Translations under genes and position numbers: made by a program | Origin: a virus | Virus record (IMG/VR): IMGVR_UViG_3300042907_000878 | Coordinates: 1 to 64,000 of that record | Strand: one strand, 5' to 3' | Length of the DNA: 64,000 nt | The notes under the pieces: model-generated | Databases searched by the model: none | The model's input: the letters and a program-made list of their open reading frames with translations, nothing else | Told to the model about the DNA's origin: nothing | Shown: positions 15,911 through 24,200 of the stretch, piece by piece | Layout of the letters: every line of letters begins with the position of its first letter | Numbering within the stretch: position 1 is the first letter of the stretch

Positions 15911-16942
15911 ATGGAATTTATACTGTTAAGAATCTTGAAGGGTCGTCTTCCGTTTAGGCGGGGCGACCTTTCGCTATATATACAAGAACCCGATCAGGAT
16001 CTTATGTATGCCTCTATGGAAATTTATGATAAAATTTACGAACAGGCATATGCTAATGAAGTTATGATCAAAGAAGAGCTTGAAGAATTTTTATTCACTA
16101 ATGAATTCTGGTCTCCCTTTGATGATGCTGAATTAGAAAAAATTAAAAAACAGAACGAAGAATTAAAACTTCAAGCTTTTAAAAATTTTTTTAGAAAAAG
16201 AGAACTGTCTGGGATAAAATATTTGCTTCGTCAAAATGAAAGTAAATATTCAAAATTAGCAAGTAAAAAATATCAATTTGATCACTTAACTTGTGATGGG
16301 GTTGCTTCATACGCCCGGTGGAATTGGATTATAGAACAAAGTGTGTATAAATCAAACGGGGAAAAATATAACTGGGAAGTGTATGATGTCTCTTCGTTAA
16401 TGTCATATTATGAGAGTTCTGCTATATCGACAAAGAACTTCCGCGCGGTTGCAAGGTCTGATGAATGGAGACCTATGTGGAATTTAGGAAAAAAAACTGG
16501 AGATGTGTTTGGTAAGCCTTCATACTTGCTAACAAGAGATCAATTATTACTTTGCTCATTTTCAACCATGTACGATAATGTATATGAAAATCCAGAATCG
16601 CCAGATGAAAAAATTATTGATGACGACGATTGTTTAGACGGGTGGTTTGTGGACCAGAAGAGAAAAAATGAAAAGATGAAAAAGGAACAACAGGCAAACT
16701 CAATGGTATCTAATGCAAAAATTTCTAATGCCGGAGAAGTTTTTGTTATGGCATCATCTCCTGAAGAAGCTGAGAGTATACATAATTTAAATTCATTCCA
16801 AAGCGAAATGATAAGAAAGAACCGGATAAATACAATTAAGGATAAAGGAGTAGTAGATAGTGATTTACACTTTGCGGATGTAAGACAGGAAATAACTATA
16901 CAACAAAACCAAGCATTTGCTGATCATGCGAAAGGAACGTAA
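15911..16942 (+). CDS. Putative tail assembly chaperone, long (gpGT-like) paralog
   Basis: Between tube and TMP; charged and helical; similar to 17300..18151. Confidence 0.55.
   Translation: MEFILLRILKGRLPFRRGDLSLYIQEPDQDLMYASMEIYDKIYEQAYANEVMIKEELEEFLFTNEFWSPFDDAELEKIKKQNEELKLQAFKNFFRKRELSGIKYLLRQNESKYSKLASKKYQFDHLTCDGVASYARWNWIIEQSVYKSNGEKYNWEVYDVSSLMSYYESSAISTKNFRAVARSDEWRPMWNLGKKTGDVFGKPSYLLTRDQLLLCSFSTMYDNVYENPESPDEKIIDDDDCLDGWFVDQKRKNEKMKKEQQANSMVSNAKISNAGEVFVMASSPEEAESIHNLNSFQSEMIRKNRINTIKDKGVVDSDLHFADVRQEITIQQNQAFADHAKGT
15938..15971 (+). terminator. GC-rich hairpin plus short T run just after the tail tube gene (possible attenuator or mRNA-stabilising stem)
   Basis: ggtcgtc-tt-ccg/tttagg/cgg-ggcgacc-ttt. 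Confidence 0.35.
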
Positions 16943-16944
16943 TT

Positions 16945-17295
16945 ATGGATGATTTTCAAGGGTACTTGAAAAAACATTTTGATTTTAAACAAAAACGGGA
17001 CGACAGACAAAAAGATATTTCAAAGGAAAAGCTATTAAAAGTCACTAAGAAAAAAGTTCAAACTACAATGATTGGGGCTTTACATAGCGTAGAACAACAT
17101 CTGGGTTTTTTGTGGAATGTAGATAATCCGGGACCAGAAGAAGTTCAATTAAAAGAAATCTTTGAAGACTTGAGGTCTGAAATCTTAGATCGTGGTAATA
17201 ATCAAATAAGGAATCTCGAAAGTGAATTTGCAAATTACGAGATTATCTGGAAGAAATATAGTATGAAACTACCATTTGTGGACAAAGGAGATTAA
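16945..17295 (+). CDS. Hypothetical protein
   Basis: 116-aa ORF tightly packed in the operon. Confidence 0.6.
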   Translation: MDDFQGYLKKHFDFKQKRDDRQKDISKEKLLKVTKKKVQTTMIGALHSVEQHLGFLWNVDNPGPEEVQLKEIFEDLRSEILDRGNNQIRNLESEFANYEIIWKKYSMKLPFVDKGD

Positions 17296-17299
17296 GGTT

Positions 17300-18151
17300 A
17301 TGGCAGAAAATTTACGCACAGTTGTTGAAGGTGATATTACAGTTCTTGTTAAGAAACCTTCACGAAAAGATAAAGACCAAGCTCAAATTGTTTATAGCAA
17401 AGCTTGGAGAAAAGCTCTAGATGATGGGCTGATTACTCGCGCTAAATTAAATGTATACTTGGAAGAACAAGGAATTTGGAGCGATAAGAAACAAAAGCAG
17501 TATGAAGATTTTATTAATAAAATCAATAATAATGAACTATCTCTTAAAAGAGGCGGCATCGCTTTAAAACAAGCTAAAAAACTTGCCCTTGAATTGAAAA
17601 AAACGCGAGTTGAATTTAGAGACTTGATTGCAGAAAGATCTGTGCAGGACAATAACACCGCAGAAGGCTTTGCTGAAAATGCTAAATTTGATTACTTGGT
17701 TAGGACTTGCATTTTAGATCCAAGCACGAAAACTCCTGTTTTTAAAGATGAAAACGATTATGATGAAAGAGGAACTGAAGCTTGGGCAATTAAGGCAGCT
17801 AGCGAGCTTGCTAACTTGCTATATGATTTAGATCCTAATTATGAAAAAAATCTTCCTGAAAATGAATTTCTAGTAAAGTTTAATTTTACTAATGCAGATG
17901 GCAGACTCATTAATAAAGCTAAGCATCTAATTTCAATTGACGAGGATGGCACAGAACGCCTTATTGACGACGAAGGTTATTTTATTGAATATGATGAAGA
18001 GGGTAATCCTCATCGTATTAATCGCAAGGGTGAAAGAACACAAGATCTTACATCCCAACCATTCCTTGATGATGATGGCAATCCAGTTATTTTAGAAGTA
18101 GAAAATACTACTGAAGAAGCTAAAAAAATTAAGAAAAAGAAAGCTGACTAA
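17300..18151 (+). CDS. Putative tail assembly chaperone (gpG-like paralog)
   Basis: ATG at 17300 after GGAG/AAGG; directly upstream of TMP. Confidence 0.55.
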   Translation: MAENLRTVVEGDITVLVKKPSRKDKDQAQIVYSKAWRKALDDGLITRAKLNVYLEEQGIWSDKKQKQYEDFINKINNNELSLKRGGIALKQAKKLALELKKTRVEFRDLIAERSVQDNNTAEGFAENAKFDYLVRTCILDPSTKTPVFKDENDYDERGTEAWAIKAASELANLLYDLDPNYEKNLPENEFLVKFNFTNADGRLINKAKHLISIDEDGTERLIDDEGYFIEYDEEGNPHRINRKGERTQDLTSQPFLDDDGNPVILEVENTTEEAKKIKKKKAD

Positions 18152-18162
18152 ACCTGTTATTT

Positions 18163-18174
18163 GTGTATAAATAA
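18163..18174 (+). promoter_or_regulatory. Putative phage late promoter motif GTGTATAAATAA
   Basis: Intergenic; contains TATAAATA; related GTGTAT-W-rich motifs at 5889 and 39527. Confidence 0.4.
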
Positions 18175-18192
18175 CTAGGATGGAAATTAGCG

Positions 18193-18246
18193 ACATGCTG
18201 GATAGTATCCCCAATAAAGAGTGCTTACCCAGCATGTTTTGTTTTT
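18193..18246 (+). terminator. Hairpin with U-tract upstream of TMP
   Basis: acatgctgg (18193-18201) pairs with ccagcatgt (18229-18237), followed by tttgttttt. Confidence 0.45.
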
Positions 18247-18262
18247 ATAAGGAAAACATATA

Positions 18263-21200
18263 ATGGCATCAAAGTTTACTATTACTGCTGAATTAAACCT
18301 ACAAACTAAAAACTTAAATCAGGTAGTAAACAACCTAAGACAACAGTTTCAAGGTGCAAATCTTAATATTAATATTAAAGATCTTGCGCAGGCGCAATCA
18401 CAGATTAATAAAATATCTTCCAGCGCCCAAAACGCTCAAAAATCTGTTGGATTATTAGGTAGTAGCTTTAGCCAAGCTTTTAAAAAGTTTACTATTGTTA
18501 CCGCAGTAACTGGAACAATTGTTGGCTTTACAAGAGCGGTGAAAAACGCAGTTGGCGATGCTATTGAGTTTGAACGCGAAGTTGTTAAGATCGCACAGGC
18601 GACTGGAAAAACAACCTCTCAATTAAAAGGTTTGACAAATGAGATAAGTAGCGTATCAACTTCTTTTGGCGTTTCTTCTAAAGAGCTTATTTTAGCTGCT
18701 CGTAGTTTAACACAAGCTGGTTTCGCTGCTGATAAAGTTACAGGCGCATTAAAGATATTGGCCCAAACAGAATTGGCCGCTACGTTTGATTCAATTCAAG
18801 ATACAACAGAAGGCGCTATTGCGCTTTTAAATCAATTTGGCAAGCAAGCTCAAAGAACTGGAAGTGAAGTTGCGTTCCTAGAGAAATCATTCTCCGCTAT
18901 CAATCAAGTGTCTAAAGAGTTTGCCGTAGAGTCAAGTGACTTAGTTACAGCCGTTCGTACAACGGGATCTGCATTTGAGAGTGCTGGTGGTAGTTTAGAT
19001 GAACTCCTAGCATTATTCACATCTGTTAGAGCTACTACTCGCGAATCTGCCGAGAGTATTGCTACTGGCTTTCGTACAATTTTTACTCGCGTACAGCGCG
19101 TCGATACAATCAATAACCTTAAAGCTCTTGGAATCGAATTACAAGACGCCGAAGGTAAGTTCATTGGCCCAATTGAAGCTACTAAAAAACTTAGCGCAGC
19201 CCTTAACTCTATTGATCCTAGAGATTTTCGTTTTAATCTTGTTGTTGAAGAGTTAGGTGGATTCCGTCAAGTTTCTAAAGTTATTCCATTAATTCAACAA
19301 TTTGCAGTAACTCAAAAAGCCCTTAATGTGGCCCAAGGATCTAGCGGATCACTAGCCAAAGACGCTCAAACCGCTCAACAGTCATTAGCAGTCCAAATAG
19401 CTAAAACTAGAGAAGAGTTTTCTAGATTTATTAGAGATCTAACTGGCACAGACTCATTCCAAAGCACTGTAAGATTTCTTCTTGACCTTGCTAATGCTTT
19501 CGTTAGAGTCGCCGACAGTATTAAACCTCTTGTGCCTCTTATTGCTGGGTTTGCTACGCTTAAAGCTGGGACCGCAGTCAAAGGCGCATTTGATCAACTT
19601 GCTGGTCCTAGAAGAAAGGCCCAAGGTGGAAAGATTCACGCCTTTGCTAGTGGAGGTCTTGTTCCCGGCCAAGGCAATGGCGACACTGTTCCTGCTATGT
19701 TAACTCCGGGCGAATTTGTTATTAAGAAAAGCTCTGTTAAAAGCTTGGGTGTTGAGAATTTAGCTAGAGCTAACAAATATGCCGATGGTGGATATGTTAT
19801 TAGACCACAGCCGGGTAAGTTTGCTGGATTTTTTATGCAGCCAGAAGGTGTAAAAGATTCATCTCTTGTTAGTCAGGGGCAAGCAGTCACTAATGATGCT
19901 ACAAGAGAAGGTTTATTAAATCAAGTTAATAAGAATTTTAAACTATATAAAAGTGGAAAATTAAGCAATAAAGAAACTAATTTAATTTCTTCACAAGCAA
20001 TTAATGATTATCAACCAAGCACAGACACGCTTAAAAAAGCGATATCGGGTAATATTTTTTCTAGAGAAGATTTTAAAAATTATCTTTCTATGGGAAAAGG
20101 CACTCCAGAAGATTTAATAAAACAAGCTGTAACTGATAACAAAATAGATAAAAACTCTGCTGGCTTATTAAAAACGGGCTTGTCTAATGAAAAGGCGAAG
20201 TACGATAAATTTGTTCAATCAAAAATAAACTCATCAACTCCACAAGGTTTAAATGCATTATCTAAAGGCAAAGGAATTAAAATTGCGGCAGAAGAAAATG
20301 ATGTTCCCGCGTTTTATATTGGAGAAGATGATGGCCCCAGATCACAAGCAATGCGTGGAGCTATCGCCAAGAAAACAAAAGATGGATTTTCAAGTATTCT
20401 TTCTGGAATAGGCACTGATCCTGCTTTTAAAGACATTGGACTTCCTCCGTTGGATGTAAAAGGCGACGCTATTAAAAAAGCCATAGAGCCGCTGTTCAAT
20501 AGCCAAGATCCAAAATCAGCCCGTGTAACTATTGAAGGATATGTTTTAGAAGGTATTACTGCTGCATTAACTGGTATAACATTAGGTGGCAGTGATACCA
20601 CATGGGATTTTCCACAAGTTGCAAGTAGTGCTGAAAAACTAGGAAAATTATTTGGTCAAACTTCTCGTATATCACAAGTAGAAAGTGGCGACGCAAAAAG
20701 ATCAAATACCGACAAAGCTAAAAATAGTATTTTAACTAAAAAAATAGCATCTACACTATTAAAACGTCCAGAACTTATTGGTAATGTAAAAGAATTTGCC
20801 AATGGTGGATTCGCATCTGGTTCAGATACAGTGCCAGCCATGCTTACTCCGGGCGAATATGTCATAAATAAAAAATCCGCTCAGGCAATTGGCTATGGTA
20901 GTCTTAACAGAATGAATAAGGTTGGTAAATTTGCTGAGGGTGGCCCAGTTCAGATGTACCAGACTGGCACTCCTACAGGTGGCGCTAGTTCTCCAAGAGT
21001 TTTCCAAACTACATCTACCGGAGTTACAACAGTAACTAATCAAGCCGCTATAAATGCCCAAGCTCAACAACAAAGTTTTATAGAGAGACTAAAAGAATCT
21101 TCTGATAAATTATTATTATTGGGCGCTGTAGCTGGATCTGTCACTAGCCAACTTGGTGGACTTGATCAAGCAACTGCTGATATTGTTTCCAGTTTTGGCG

Positions 21201-24200
21201 CAACCTTTGCAACCATCAAAGGAATTGGTGGAAATTTAATAGATCTTGGATCTAACATAAAAGGTGTAAATCCTAAAGTATTAAGTGGGGTATTGACTGG
21301 ACTTTCGGCTGGATTAACAGGTTTTGCAACTGCACAAGCTGTTGCGGCTGCAAGGATTACATATCTTGGACAAACAGCAGAAGAGAGCGGCAAGAAGTTT
21401 AATTCTTTTATTGAAGCCTTGTCTAAAGGAGAAGGTACTACTCAAGGTCAATTGACTGATGCATTAACTAAGCAATTCCAAGCTGCATCTGACGCTCAGG
21501 CTAGAGGCTCAGGTGCTGCTAAGGCTGCTGGAGGAGTTGCATCTTTAGTTGCTGGAGGCGGGGCTATAGCTTTAGGAGCGGGCGCTTTTGCGCCTATAAT
21601 TGCTGCTGTAGCTGGCCCACTTACAGAAGAAATTTTATATTCAATCGGAGCATTTTCAGATTCAACAGGAAAAGCAAAAGTTCAAGCCGAAGCCTTATCT
21701 GCGGCTATGTTTTCTGCCACAACATCAAATCGCGATTTTCAAAAATTCTTTCAAAATATTGAAAAGCAAACTCCACAAGATGTCGCACAGCAAGCTCAGT
21801 CTTTAGCTCAAGCGTATAAAGAACAGCAAGCCCAAATCGCAAAACTGGGTGATTTGAGTAACGCGAGTGAAGCTGTAAAACAACAATTTCAAGCAGTTTC
21901 AGAATCAGCTAAACAGACTGCCGCAAACTTACAAACGATCATCGGAATCCAATTACAAAATGCAGTAAAACGATCTTCCGATCTTCTAAATAAAGGATTT
22001 ATTCCTGATATAGATAAATTATTGAAACCAATATTTGATTCTATACGTTCTGCTGCTGTAACAAGATATTCTGGACGAATAGAAACTGCTGGTGGAGAAC
22101 AAACTGCTCAAGGAATGAATCTTGTTGGTCAACGTGAAAACGAAATAGCAAGAGATCAGGAAAATGCCCGTAAGACTTTAAACCAAGCAACAAAACAGCA
22201 ATTAGAAATGATTGCCGTTTTAAATATTGAAAATAACATTAGAAAAGAGCTTATTGGATCTCTTCAAAAACAATCTGCGATTAGTGCAAGCATAGAAAGA
22301 CTGTCTTATGAATTAGACTTAGCTTCTAAGTCTGTATCCAATATAGATGCTGCCTTTTCAGGTTCTATAACTGGACTTAAATCTTCGTTTGATACCGATA
22401 TATTAAAATTAAAATCTCCAGATCAGGGTGCTTTAGATAAAGCCTTAGATCCTGTTAGAGCGGTTGGGCCAATTGGTAGAGACTTAGCTGATAATTTGGT
22501 TAATATAAATCAAGTTATGCCAACTCTTGAAGCGAAATTAATTGAGTTTTCCAATGCTACAGACACTGCTAGCGGGGCTTTATTTGATGTAAAAAAATTC
22601 GTAGAAGAGTCTTTTAATATTAAAGCCGACAGTATCGTCGGAAGAACTTTAGTTAAAATAATAGAAGGTACGACTACAGGAACTGGCGGTGAAAAAGCCG
22701 TTACTGCTGCTAAAACGTCTCTTAGACAAGAAGACGTTAGAAAGAAAATTGTTGAATCATTCCAAAAATTTGGCGAAGAATTCCGCACTCAAGCTGGTGG
22801 AATTTTAGATAATTTAGCTAGAGCAGAGCAAGAAGGTCGCGCTGTTGCAGAAAAAATCAATGAATCCAGACAAAAACAATTAGATCTACAACTACAAAGC
22901 GTTGATACATTCTCAAACTATATAGATGCCTTAGCTAAAGCCAGAGGCCGCGATTTAAGTTTGATTGAGAAGAACACTATTCGCACAATGAAGCAATATA
23001 CACTTGCTGGAAACATGGCGAATAATGTAGGAGCAATATCGACTGAACTTTCTGGTATATATAAAAAATTAAATGAAGGTGGATTAAATTTAGATGAACA
23101 AAAGAATCTTTCATTCTCTGCAACTAAATTAAGATCTGCACTTGAGGATCTTGCTGATCAATCTGGAAAAACTTCTGATATTCTTGCTGAAATTGAAAAG
23201 CAAAGAGCAAAGAGAGAGTCGGCTAGAGACTTTGGTAAAGAGTTTACTTTTGGCTCAAATGAACAAAGACAAAGTATAGCAAATTCTATTCAAGGACTCC
23301 AAAGAGTTTTGAATACTGGAAATATTAATGATGTTCCAGAAGAACTGAGATCTGGGGTTTCTTCATTACTAGACCGTTTCAAGGACGTTCCGGTATTTAA
23401 TGGAAGAACCGGAAGACAAGTTGAAAATAGACTTATTGCCAATCAATTTAGAGCAATGGGTGGCGGTGCATTTGCTAATATGATCGAGGCTGACACGTCA
23501 ACCCCTGAGCAGATATTAATTGGGGAACTGCAAAGAACATTCGCGATCCAAATACAAGCTCAACAAGCCCTGTCTCTGTTGGAGCAACAGAAGCAAGAAC
23601 TATTACAGGGTGCATTAAATGAATATACTACTGCAATTGGTAGTTATACAGCTAAATTAGAAAGTCTTGTGCAAGAGTTTCAAAGAAAAGCAGAAGAAAA
23701 AGCAATTCCAACCGTAACGCCGTCTGTGATTGCTAGCCCAAAAACTACATTACCCGCAGCTCCTTTTTCTGGTGGATCTATGGGTGTTTTAAATACATTA
23801 GTTGAAAATCCAAATCCAAATCTTCCACCCGATGCTAAAGCTAAAATTGATCTTGAAAATATTCAGGAAACAAATAGCGCAATTGAAAATTTTGGACAGG
23901 CTATTACTACTTCAGATCAAAAAATATATGAGTTTACCGCAAGATTAGAAAATCTTGTTAAGGTAATGGAAAACACTAAAAAGGAATGGCAACCAGCTAC
24001 AAAGCAAGAGATTGAAAATGCAAATAATCAACCCGGCACAGGTCAGAGTTTTGGAAGTTATGCTATTGGCGGGTTGGTATATCGCGCCGGTGGTGGTTCT
24101 ATATTTCAACCTAAAGGCACAGACACAGTTCCAGCAATGCTCACTCCGGGCGAGTTTGTTATCAAGAAAAGCTCAGTCGATAAGATTGGGGCTGATAATT

